From an uncultured Gammaproteobacteria bacterium (GTDB lineage: Bacteria; Patescibacteriota; Patescibacteriia; Magasanikbacterales; JBBTQS01), in the NCBI GenBank assembly GCA_964480225.1, contig CAYZOG010000006.1, positions 1,858-26,180 of the forward strand: 24,323 nt of DNA, given 5' to 3'. The first letter of the stretch is position 1. Each line of letters starts with the position of its first letter. Position numbers and translations under genes: made by a program. Under the pieces are notes generated by a model that was not told the origin of the DNA, searched no databases, and worked only from the letters and a program-made list of their open reading frames with translations. Shown piece after piece: positions 9,193 to 17,449 of the stretch.

Positions 9193-9669
9193 ATGAGCGG
9201 GCTAGAAAAGTCAGCACAATTTAGTGAGATTGATGGAAGTGCAATGCGGATTGCGCTTGTTGTGGCGACCTGGAATATGGATGTGACTGGAACGCTTGAG
9301 AAGTGGTGTGTAAAGGCGCTAGAAGAGTCTGGCGTAAAGACTGAGAATATTTTGGTTCAGTACGTTCCTGGAAGTTTTGAATTGCCATTTGTGGCAAATG
9401 AGCTGGCAAAGTCTGGTGACTATGATGCCGTAATTCCAATTGGATGTTTGGTAAAAGGGGAGACAATGCATTTTGAATATATTGCTGACGCGGTTTCACA
9501 CGGTGTGATGCGCGTTGGGCTGGATACAGGAGTTCCAACAATTTTTGGTGTACTAACCTGTCTTACAGAAGAGCAGGCTGCAGCACGTGCCCAAGACAAT
9601 ACCACCAACCATGGGTATGGTTGGGGAAAGACTGCGGTGGAGATGGTAGCAAAAACTAAGAATCGTTAA
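9193..9669 (+). CDS. ribH: 6,7-dimethyl-8-ribityllumazine synthase
   Basis: VVATWN, VPGSFELP, KGETMHFEYI and FGVLT motifs; ATG 9193 lies 1 nt after the ribE stop. Confidence 0.96.
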   Translation: MSGLEKSAQFSEIDGSAMRIALVVATWNMDVTGTLEKWCVKALEESGVKTENILVQYVPGSFELPFVANELAKSGDYDAVIPIGCLVKGETMHFEYIADAVSHGVMRVGLDTGVPTIFGVLTCLTEEQAAARAQDNTTNHGYGWGKTAVEMVAKTKNR

Positions 9670-10559
9670 TCCATCAACGATTCCCACTTTGGATTGGTTT
9701 CTACCTCAAGTTCTAGGTAGATTTTTTTGTTTACGGCCTGTTCCAATTCTTTACGAGCCATCTGGCCAACTTCTTTGATTTTTTGTCCGCGGCGGCCAAT
9801 CAGCATCTTCTTGTATCGGTCTGCGGTGGTAATAACACGAGCTTTGATCACCATCACATCTGGCTTGTCTTCAATCTCATCAACTTCAACCGTCACAGAA
9901 TAGGGCACTTCCTTTTCTGTGGCCAAAAAGATTTTCTCGCGGACAATTTCAGCAACCCAAAACTTTTCGTTCATGTTGGTGAGCTGCCCTTCTGGGTATG
10001 GCAATTCTTCTGGAGAAACTTCTGGCAACGCCGCAAACACCGCGTCCTTGAGTGGAGCAATGTGTCGAGCTTTGAGTGCAGAGATTTCGATAATAGTTTC
10101 AAACCCTTCTTCTTCAGCTAGGTAGGTGTAGTCCTCATGATATCGGCGCTCTCTAGTTGGAAGGTCTGTTTTGTTGATCACAAAGATTTTTGGAATGCTC
10201 ACATTTCTGATCAGCGCCAAAGTGAATCGCTCCTCAGTTCCAATTTCTCGTGATGGGTCTGCAACGTACACCACACAGTCAATATCTTTTAGCGAATCTT
10301 TTACCCGCTCAACCAATTTTCCAGACAACACACTGTGCTGTTCTTTTAGGATTCCAGGGGTGTCCATAAACACAATCTGACCTCGATCATCATTAACAAC
10401 CCCATGGATCACATTTCTTGTGGTCTGAGGTTTATTGGTCACGCTGGCGATCTTTGTTCCAACAATCGTGTTGAGAAGAGTGGACTTTCCAACATTAGAA
10501 CGTCCCACAAAGACCACAAAACCGCTTTTTACCGTTGTTTTGTCAGGTGTTGTGCTCAT
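9666..10559 (-). CDS. era: GTPase Era
   Basis: GRSNVGKSTL, PQTTRN, DTPG, NKTD, EVPYS and KH-domain LIGRRGQKIKEVG motifs; overlaps the ribH stop by 4 nt. Confidence 0.97.
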   Translation of the reverse strand: MSTTPDKTTVKSGFVVFVGRSNVGKSTLLNTIVGTKIASVTNKPQTTRNVIHGVVNDDRGQIVFMDTPGILKEQHSVLSGKLVERVKDSLKDIDCVVYVADPSREIGTEERFTLALIRNVSIPKIFVINKTDLPTRERRYHEDYTYLAEEEGFETIIEISALKARHIAPLKDAVFAALPEVSPEELPYPEGQLTNMNEKFWVAEIVREKIFLATEKEVPYSVTVEVDEIEDKPDVMVIKARVITTADRYKKMLIGRRGQKIKEVGQMARKELEQAVNKKIYLELEVETNPKWESLMD

Positions 10560-10597
10560 ACTGGGGCTACTGTACACTGAAAATATAGGAAAAGCAA
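10550..10597. promoter_or_regulatory. Overlapping divergent predicted sigma70 promoters (era / rplI)
   Basis: + strand TTGTGC(10550-55)-17-TACACT(10573-78); - strand TTGCTT(10597-92)-17-TACAGT(10574-69). Confidence 0.45.
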
Positions 10598-10607
10598 TGC
10601 TTTGCGT

Positions 10608-11054
10608 ATGAAAGTGGTATTTCTACAGGACGTGAAAAACGTCGCTAAAAAAGGTGATGTGAAGGATGTGGCAGATGGATATGCCCAAAATTTTCTAATT
10701 CCACAGAAAAAAGCGGTTGTTGCGACGGCAAAAGCAATTGCAAAACAGAAGCAACAGACTGCGTCTGTGCAAAAGAAAAATCAGAAAGAGCTTCAGCGGG
10801 CGCAAGCGGCGGCCGGGCATTTGGATGGTGATGAGGTGATTATTGAGGCCAAGGCAACCGCAGATGGGAAATTGTATGCGGCGATTGGGCCAGCACAAGT
10901 GATGACCGCGTTGAAAAAACATGGCCACGCGGTGAGCAAGAAACAGATTACTATGGCAGAGCCGCTCAAAGAGTTGGGATCTGCAAAAGCCTCAGTCAGC
11001 TTTGGTCACGGAATAGAAGCAGAGGTCACATTGATAGTTGAAGAACAGCAATAA
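10608..11054 (+). CDS. rplI: 50S ribosomal protein bL9
   Basis: [32 protein letters not shown] and GKLYAAIG motifs. Confidence 0.97.
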   Translation: MKVVFLQDVKNVAKKGDVKDVADGYAQNFLIPQKKAVVATAKAIAKQKQQTASVQKKNQKELQRAQAAAGHLDGDEVIIEAKATADGKLYAAIGPAQVMTALKKHGHAVSKKQITMAEPLKELGSAKASVSFGHGIEAEVTLIVEEQQ

Positions 11055-11087
11055 AAAACGACCGCCCGGAGGGGTGGTCTGTTTTTT
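11053..11087. terminator. Bidirectional intrinsic terminator
   Basis: AAAAAAC-GACCGCCC-GGAG-GGGTGGTC-T-GTTTTTT between rplI and the convergent orphan. Confidence 0.8.
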
Positions 11088-11120
11088 ACGTTACGTTGTT
11101 TCTGGTTTGGGGTGGGGCGC

Positions 11121-11633
11121 CTAACCCACTTTTGGGCGAGCGCCGGTGATGGCCTGGATCATCTTCATGCGCCATTCTGCAACCTCCGCACCCAGGCCGT
11201 AGGTGGTGCGGATATTGCTAGGTCGGTCGACGTACGCGAGTAGCTCCTGAAACATTCGGCCTTGGTCGTTTGCCAGTGCGATGATCGGCTCTGGCAGTTG
11301 GCCAACCTCAACCCGGAACGAGTCTTGGCCGTCTAGCGGGTGCTGCGTGGTGCCGTGCAAAGTGCAGCGCCAGTCAGACACTGCCACGACGTGAAGTTTA
11401 TTCCGGATGGAGATATTCCATTTGGGTTCAAACAAGCAGCCGCCAACGTCCTTTGGTTTGTCAAAACCAATGGCCTGACGGTCTCCAGGGGTGTCAGCCC
11501 AGGAGTCAATCATTTCCACGACCGCAGCGAATGCGCCTGGTTGCAAGGCGCGCTTGTGGTTATAGAAATGGGGCTGTTTGGGGAATTGGTGATTTGGTAT
11601 CACGTACCCGACGTAGATCGAGTTGGTGTCCAT
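11121..11633 (-). CDS. Hypothetical protein (170 aa, GC-rich, no recognised family)
   Basis: Fills the rplI-pyrG gap; ATG start, globular composition, candidate promoter and shared terminator. Confidence 0.6.
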   Translation of the reverse strand: MDTNSIYVGYVIPNHQFPKQPHFYNHKRALQPGAFAAVVEMIDSWADTPGDRQAIGFDKPKDVGGCLFEPKWNISIRNKLHVVAVSDWRCTLHGTTQHPLDGQDSFRVEVGQLPEPIIALANDQGRMFQELLAYVDRPSNIRTTYGLGAEVAEWRMKMIQAITGARPKVG

Positions 11634-11663
11634 GGTCCCTCCGTGAAAGGTTCGTCCGGCGCA

Positions 11664-11705
11664 AACCTATCATATTGTGACGACCAGGTCAATGTGTGGT
11701 ACAAT
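11664..11705. promoter_or_regulatory. Overlapping divergent predicted promoters (orphan / pyrG)
   Basis: + strand extended -10 TG-G-TACAAT (11697-11705); - strand TTGACC(11692-87)-17-TAGGTT(11669-64). Confidence 0.45.
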
Positions 11706-11729
11706 GATGGCGATTTATTTATCAAAAGT

Positions 11730-13370
11730 ATGGCCAAAGCAAATACCAAGTACATCTTTATTGTTGGTGGAGTGATGAGTTCTGTAGGTAAAGGAATCAC
11801 CGCCGCCAGTCTAGGGCGGATACTCCAATCCAAAGGCTATACAACAACTGCGGTTAAAGCAGATCCATATATCAATGTAGACGCTGGTACGATGAACCCA
11901 ACTGAGCACGGCGAGGTGTTTGTCACCGATGACGGTGACGAGTGCGATCAGGACATGGGGAACTATGAGCGTTTTTTACATACTGATCTTACGTCAACCA
12001 ACTACATGACCACTGGTCGTGTGTATGAGACGGTGATCCACAAGGAGCGATCAATGGAGTACAAGGGGAAGTGTGTTGAGGTTGTGCCGCATATTCCAGA
12101 AGAGATTATTCGTCGAATCAAAGGTGCGGGGAAGAAAGCTAAGGCTGACATTGTGATTACTGAGATTGGTGGAACGGTTGGTGAGTATCAGAACTTGTTG
12201 TTCTTGGAGGCGGCTCGTGAAATGCAGCTGAGAAATCCAGAAGATGTTTCTGTGGTGTTGGTGAGTTATTTGCCAATTCCTGGGACAGTTGGGGAGATGA
12301 AGACTAAGCCAACACAGTATGCAGCGCGATCTTTGCGAACCACAGGATTGAATGCAGATTTCATTGTGTGTCGCGCAGAGCGGGAGATTGATGGACCTCG
12401 TCGTGAAAAGATTGCCACATTTTGTGGGGTTCCTGCAGATCATGCAATTTCTGCGCCAGATGTTGATTCTATTTACGAAATCCCTATTTTGCTTGAAAAG
12501 CAGAAGTTGGGAGACAAGATTGTGAAGGTGCTTGGGTTGCCAGCTAAGAAGAGTAACATGGCGAAGTGGGCAAAGTACGCCAAGCAGATTGTTGATCTGA
12601 AGAAGGGTGGAACTCCAGTAAAGATTGCAGTGGTTGGAAAGTATTTTGGAACTGGAAAGTTTACGTTGGCAGATTCATATGTGTCCGTGATTGAGGCGCT
12701 AAAGCATGCGGCATGGCATCACAATCGTCAGCCAGAACTTACGTGGATTGATTCTGAGGAGTATGAAAAGAGTCCAGCTAAGGTTAAGGAATTGAGTAAG
12801 TTTGATGGTGTGATTGTTCCTGGTGGATTTGGAACTCGTGGAATTGAAGGGATTATCGCGGCGATTAAATATGTTCGGGAAAAGAACATTCCATACTTGG
12901 GAATTTGTTATGGAATGCAGTTGGCAACCATTGAATATGCTCGGCATGTGGCAAAGTTGAAAGGTGCGCATACGCAGGAGGTTGATGGTGCGGCGCCAGA
13001 GCCAATCATTATTGTGAATCCACATCAGCAAAAGAACATTACACATAACCGTTTTGGTGGAACCATGCGTTTGGGGGCATATGATTGTGCATTGACTAAG
13101 AAGACCAAGGCGTACGCAGCGTATAAGAAAGCGGACATTTCAGAACGTCACCGTCATCGTTACGAGTTTAACAATGATTACAAGAAAGCACTGACAGATG
13201 CGGGAATGGTGTTCTCAGGTGTGAACAAAAAGCAGGACTTGGTTGAAATTATTGAGCTTCCAAACCATCCGTGGTTTGTTGGTGTGCAGTTCCATCCAGA
13301 GTTTAAGTCTCGGCCGCTTGTGCCACATCCGTTGTTTAGAGAGTTTATTGGGGCAGCGGTGAAAAAATAA
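11730..13370 (+). CDS. pyrG: CTP synthase
   Basis: KYIFIVGGVMSSVGKG, DPYINVDAGTMNPTEHGEVFV, GICYGMQ, ERHRHRYE and QFHPEF motifs; true start MAKANTKYIF. Confidence 0.98.
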   Translation: MAKANTKYIFIVGGVMSSVGKGITAASLGRILQSKGYTTTAVKADPYINVDAGTMNPTEHGEVFVTDDGDECDQDMGNYERFLHTDLTSTNYMTTGRVYETVIHKERSMEYKGKCVEVVPHIPEEIIRRIKGAGKKAKADIVITEIGGTVGEYQNLLFLEAAREMQLRNPEDVSVVLVSYLPIPGTVGEMKTKPTQYAARSLRTTGLNADFIVCRAEREIDGPRREKIATFCGVPADHAISAPDVDSIYEIPILLEKQKLGDKIVKVLGLPAKKSNMAKWAKYAKQIVDLKKGGTPVKIAVVGKYFGTGKFTLADSYVSVIEALKHAAWHHNRQPELTWIDSEEYEKSPAKVKELSKFDGVIVPGGFGTRGIEGIIAAIKYVREKNIPYLGICYGMQLATIEYARHVAKLKGAHTQEVDGAAPEPIIIVNPHQQKNITHNRFGGTMRLGAYDCALTKKTKAYAAYKKADISERHRHRYEFNNDYKKALTDAGMVFSGVNKKQDLVEIIELPNHPWFVGVQFHPEFKSRPLVPHPLFREFIGAAVKK

Positions 13371-13376
13371 GCAATT

Positions 13377-13404
13377 AAAAAACCGGCCTTGCGGCCGGTT
13401 TTTT
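13377..13404. terminator. Bidirectional intrinsic terminator
   Basis: AAAAAACCGGCC-TTGC-GGCCGGTTTTTT. Confidence 0.9.
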
Positions 13405-13405
13405 G

Positions 13406-14998
13406 TTACTCTCGATCGTGCTCACGATCATCTTCCTCATCATGTTCATCATACTCATAGTCATATTCATCTCCAGAGTATGGATCTTCTGACGGATCAT
13501 AATCGTGGTCATCTTCATATTCTTCGTGACGCTCTAGGTCTTCTAGAATGGCGCGTTCAACTTCTTCATGCCATCGCTCACACTCTTCATCACACTCGCG
13601 ATCAAAGGCATCCCAGATTGGATCATCTGGACCTGGGCAATCAATGTCACCAATACAGTCCACCTCACCATCTCTGTCGGCGTCATATTGGTCACGAAGC
13701 GCCTCAAACTCTGGATCTACATCCTCACCATAGTAGAAGTATCCATCTTCCTCAAAATCCCAATCTTCTGGATATTCTGGAAGTTCAAACTCGTACTCGT
13801 CATCATGATGCTGGTCTAGTGTGAAATCACCAGTTGGCGCCAATTCTGCGTCATATACATCACGTGGGAATAGTCGCCAGTCACCGTCGTGGAAACATTC
13901 GATAACATTTTCATCCTCATAGGTGGTGTGACATTCTCCTTCAATTGCGTATGGATCTTCAAAATCGTCGTAATACTCATCATCATAATCATCAATCCAT
14001 GGTCCGTCGTACTCAATTCCTTCAAACACCTCTGGGTTTGCCTCACCGTACGCCTCAATCTGCGCAAACAACTCATAGGCATCTGGGATATCCTGTTGAT
14101 TGGCAAGGTTAAGGATCTCAATGAAGTCAGGTTCTGCTTTTGCAAGCTCTGCTTCAGCGCGGGAAATCGCGCTTTCTAGAAGTGCTAGTTGTGATGCTAC
14201 AGAATCCAACACTCTAGTGAACTCCGCATCATTGATTGTCTTTCCAAAATCAATCGCTTGCCTAAGCATTGCTGCGTGCTCTTTTGCCTCAGCAACACCT
14301 TCAATGATTTCTCGCTCTAGCTCATAGTCCAAAGCCTCATCATCAGTTTCAAATGCGACTTCAGCAATCAATGCCAAGTGATCATCATTGTTCTCAGATG
14401 CAGCGTTTACTGCAAGGGCAACAAGCTCAAGCACCTCGTCCTGAAATTCTTCTGGAATTTCTTTAAGAGTCTCTACAAACTCGTCTTCAAATGCGTCCGC
14501 ACGGAGCGCCAGTTTGGCAGCTGCGGTCGCGTCCGTGTCTTTAAGTGCTTTGCTGAGCCTAACGACTTCATCAATAGATTCGTCAAGATGAGTTTGTGCT
14601 TCACGAGCATGCTCTTCTTTTAGGGTTCCGGCCGCAACCAATGCTTCAATCTCGGCCTGACGACGCTCTGCAAAACGCAGCTCAAGCTCCGCCTTCTCAA
14701 GATCATTAGTCTCAACAAATGATCGAGCCTCTTCAGAAGCAATTTTCACCGGATACAGTGTATCCCCAGGCAAGGCGTCCTGCGCAGCGTACGTTGCGCC
14801 ACCACCCACACCCAAAATTGCCACAATGGCAACAAGTAATGCACCCATAGGTTTTTGCATTAAGAGTAAAAATTGAAAACCACCACTGGTCTCCCGAGCC
14901 ACAGGGTTCTCAGACGCAAACTTCACGAGATTCTGTTGAATTCGTGCTTTAGACGCGGGGTCCAGTTTTGCGTTGCGATTATGAAATGGATTGTTCAT
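13406..14998 (-). CDS. Putative anti-sigma factor: short cytoplasmic N-terminus, one TM, DUF5667-like domain, very acidic C-terminus
   Basis: TM (MGALLVAIVAILGVGGGATYAA) followed by the ALPGDTLYPVK...E signature; start overlaps the ECF sigma stop by 20 nt. Confidence 0.75.
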   Translation of the reverse strand: MNNPFHNRNAKLDPASKARIQQNLVKFASENPVARETSGGFQFLLLMQKPMGALLVAIVAILGVGGGATYAAQDALPGDTLYPVKIASEEARSFVETNDLEKAELELRFAERRQAEIEALVAAGTLKEEHAREAQTHLDESIDEVVRLSKALKDTDATAAAKLALRADAFEDEFVETLKEIPEEFQDEVLELVALAVNAASENNDDHLALIAEVAFETDDEALDYELEREIIEGVAEAKEHAAMLRQAIDFGKTINDAEFTRVLDSVASQLALLESAISRAEAELAKAEPDFIEILNLANQQDIPDAYELFAQIEAYGEANPEVFEGIEYDGPWIDDYDDEYYDDFEDPYAIEGECHTTYEDENVIECFHDGDWRLFPRDVYDAELAPTGDFTLDQHHDDEYEFELPEYPEDWDFEEDGYFYYGEDVDPEFEALRDQYDADRDGEVDCIGDIDCPGPDDPIWDAFDRECDEECERWHEEVERAILEDLERHEEYEDDHDYDPSEDPYSGDEYDYEYDEHDEEDDREHDRE

Positions 14999-15515
14999 AT
15001 TCTTTTTTCAGCCGAGCAATCGCGCGGTGAAGTTTCACCGATATTGCATTGGGAGTTGCTTGTAATATCTCTGCGATTTCTGCGATGTCTAACTCTTGGG
15101 TGAATCGTAGGTCCAAGATGTCTGCGTACTGTTGCGGGATTTGCTCCATCAGCGTCAGGAGCTGCTGCGCGCTGATGGCAATGGTGATGTTCTGTTCCAA
15201 GTTCTCCTCATCTTGGAGTTCAGGCATGTGCTCATCATCTATGGAGAGCTCCTTACGCCGAACCTTCTGTCTCATGTGATCAATGGCAAGGTTTCTAGCC
15301 GTCCGATAGCAGAACGCTTTCAGGTGCTGGATCTTGCCTTTGTCGCGCATGGCGCGCCACACATTACAAAAGGTTTGTTGGAGCAAATCCTCTGCAGTTG
15401 CAGTATCTTGGCCTACTCGGAAATAGATGTACTTGTAGAGTGCATCTGCGTATTCCTTGTATGCACGCAAAAGGTGCTTTTCGCATTGTCGCTGTGTGCG
15501 ATTCATGGCCTTCAC
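14979..15515 (-). CDS. ECF (sigma70 group 4) RNA polymerase sigma factor
   Basis: Region 2 (AEDLLQQTFCNVW, FCYRTARNLAIDHMR) and region 4 (EIAEILQATPNAISVKLHRAIARLK); start GTG 15515 or ATG 15506. Confidence 0.93.
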   Translation of the reverse strand: MKAMNRTQRQCEKHLLRAYKEYADALYKYIYFRVGQDTATAEDLLQQTFCNVWRAMRDKGKIQHLKAFCYRTARNLAIDHMRQKVRRKELSIDDEHMPELQDEENLEQNITIAISAQQLLTLMEQIPQQYADILDLRFTQELDIAEIAEILQATPNAISVKLHRAIARLKKEYEQSIS

Positions 15516-15520
15516 TTAAA

Positions 15521-15548
15521 TAAACGATGGGCAAGAGTATTTCTTACA
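15521..15548 (-). promoter_or_regulatory. Candidate ECF-type autoregulatory promoter
   Basis: TGTAAG-16 nt-CGTTTA directly upstream of the sigma gene; spacing and CGT -10 resemble known ECF promoters. Confidence 0.55.
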
Positions 15549-15578
15549 GTGTAGGCTGGAGTTGATATCTGCGCAACT

Positions 15579-15606
15579 AAAAACGCCGCCCAATGGGCGG
15601 CGTTTT
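15579..15606 (-). terminator. Intrinsic terminator of rpmA
   Basis: Minus strand AAAACGCCGCCC-ATT-GGGCGGCGTTTTT. Confidence 0.85.
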
Positions 15607-15619
15607 GCATTTGAGATTT

Positions 15620-15910
15620 TTACTTCTCTGCTGATTCTGCATCAACGTGCACGTACTTCTTGGTCTTTAGGTTACCAGCAAAGTCACGCTTTTTCTTGGT
15701 CTGGAAGTTTACTGTTCCATCTGCTGTTGCAAATAGAGTGTGGTCATTTCCAACCATTACGTTGCGACCAGGCATGAACTTGGTCCCGCGCTGACGCACA
15801 ATAATGTTACCGGCGATTGCTTTCTGTCCACCAAAAAGCTTAACGCCAAGGCGCTGTGCATTAGAATCTTTTAGGTTTTTGGCCGATCCTCCGGCCTTTT
15901 TATGTGCCAT
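15620..15910 (-). CDS. rpmA: 50S ribosomal protein bL27
   Basis: [34 protein letters not shown] and DHTLFA motifs. Confidence 0.98.
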   Translation of the reverse strand: MAHKKAGGSAKNLKDSNAQRLGVKLFGGQKAIAGNIIVRQRGTKFMPGRNVMVGNDHTLFATADGTVNFQTKKKRDFAGNLKTKKYVHVDAESAEK

Positions 15911-15931
15911 ACGCGTTTACTACTATAATCA

Positions 15932-15981
15932 TTGAGAATTTTGCGTGGCTGTAGTATAGTGGCTTTAGCAAAAATTGTCAA
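15932..15981. promoter_or_regulatory. Overlapping divergent predicted sigma70 promoters (rpmA / mraY operon)
   Basis: - strand TTGACA(15981-76)-17-TATACT(15958-53); + strand TTGAGA(15932-37)-17-TATAGT(15955-60). Confidence 0.65.
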
Positions 15982-16015
15982 GAATAAGGGGGAAATCCAA
16001 GATTTGACCTAAATT

Positions 16016-16369
16016 ATGTGGTATCCAGTGAGAAGTTACATAGCTGATTGGCGGGTCAGTCTTTTTATTTTGGTCCAAATTGTCCTAGCTGGGGCTATGA
16101 TGATTTCGGCGGCGATCTTTGCCACTCCAGGTGAAGTTCCTACGCTTTTGCACTATTCAGTGGATTTTGGTGTTGATTTTGCTGGGCCGTGGCATTATGT
16201 CTACAGAATCCCGCTTCTGGGGATTGCGATTACCTTGGTAAATGCCTTTTTGGGATATATTCTATTTTACGTGGAGCGTCAGTATACCTATCTTTTGCTT
16301 ACGGCAAGCACAGCAGTAATGACCATTTTGGCTGTGGTGCTGACGTTGATTATCTTGCTCAACCTCTAA
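16016..16369 (+). CDS. Small membrane protein (about 3 TM, LHYSVDFGVD loop; DUF1648-like)
   Basis: Three hydrophobic stretches; stop lies 1 nt before the mraY start. Confidence 0.7.
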   Translation: MWYPVRSYIADWRVSLFILVQIVLAGAMMISAAIFATPGEVPTLLHYSVDFGVDFAGPWHYVYRIPLLGIAITLVNAFLGYILFYVERQYTYLLLTASTAVMTILAVVLTLIILLNL

Positions 16370-16370
16370 T

Positions 16371-17447
16371 ATGACCTTTGATACGCAAACAACATTGACC
16401 GCAATGCTGGTGCTGGGATTTATCAGCTTCATGTTTGCGTTGTTTTGGGTGCCGGTGGTGTCAGGTGTTTTGGTGAAATACAAGTGTTGGAAAAAGAAGG
16501 TTCGGACAGTGGCGCCTGATGGGACTAAGACAAAGATCTTTGCCCGCATGCATAAGAATAAGGAGGTCAGCACGCCGCGCATGGCCGGGATTTTGATTTG
16601 GGGAACTACGGTGGTGTTGGCGTTTGTGTTCTGGATGCTTGATGTGACCACAGATTGGGCTTGGGTCGAACCTCTTAATTTCCTTAGTAGATCGCAAACG
16701 TGGATCCCATTGTTCACACTTGTTTCCGCGTCTTTGCTTGGGTTAGTTGATGATGTTTTTGTGGTGATGGGCTGGGGAGAGACCAGAAAAGGTGGAGGGG
16801 TTACGTTTAGACGAAGAATGTTTTTCATGGCGCTGATTGCGCTTGCAGGTGCGTACTGGTTCTTTGTGAAGTTGGGGTGGAATAGTTTGCACGTGCCATT
16901 CCTTGGGGATGTGATCATTGGTTGGTGGTACATTCCAATTTTTGTGCTGATTGTGATGGGGGTAAACAGCACCAGCGTGGTAGATGGTTTGGACGGATTG
17001 GCTGGTGGGTTGTTTACCATTATGTTTGCAGCATATTCAATCCTTGCATTTTTGCAGGGGCAAAATGATATTGCGATTTTCTGTGCAGTGGTTGCGGGTG
17101 CAATCTTGGCGTTTCTCTGGTTTAACTTGCCGCCTGCACGATTTTACATGGGAGAGACGGGAATTATGGGGCTGACAAGTACTATTGCGGTGGTGGCGTT
17201 TTTCACTGACACGGTATTGCTGTTGCCAATTATTGGTTCTGTGTTGGTGCTAGAGGCTGCATCTGTGATTATTCAAATGACATCAAAGCGGCTGTTTGGA
17301 AGAAAAGTATTTAAGGTGGCACCAATTCATCATCATTTTGAGGCGCTTGGTTGGCCAGCACATCTGGTAACCATGCGATTTTGGTTGATTGGTGGAATGA
17401 GTGCGGTACTTGGTGTAATGATTGCGTTGCTTGATCTCAAGTTTTAA
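16371..17447 (+). CDS. mraY: Phospho-N-acetylmuramoyl-pentapeptide transferase
   Basis: LGLVDD, DGLDGLAGG, FYMGETG and APIHHHFEALGW motifs; multi-TM. Confidence 0.95.
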   Translation: MTFDTQTTLTAMLVLGFISFMFALFWVPVVSGVLVKYKCWKKKVRTVAPDGTKTKIFARMHKNKEVSTPRMAGILIWGTTVVLAFVFWMLDVTTDWAWVEPLNFLSRSQTWIPLFTLVSASLLGLVDDVFVVMGWGETRKGGGVTFRRRMFFMALIALAGAYWFFVKLGWNSLHVPFLGDVIIGWWYIPIFVLIVMGVNSTSVVDGLDGLAGGLFTIMFAAYSILAFLQGQNDIAIFCAVVAGAILAFLWFNLPPARFYMGETGIMGLTSTIAVVAFFTDTVLLLPIIGSVLVLEAASVIIQMTSKRLFGRKVFKVAPIHHHFEALGWPAHLVTMRFWLIGGMSAVLGVMIALLDLKF

Positions 17448-17449
17448 AT

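Noticed and set aside
11340-11729. 130-aa N-terminal extension of PyrG in the ORF track
   Set aside because: CTP synthase homology starts at ATG 11730; the extension is antisense to the orphan and spans the predicted promoters.
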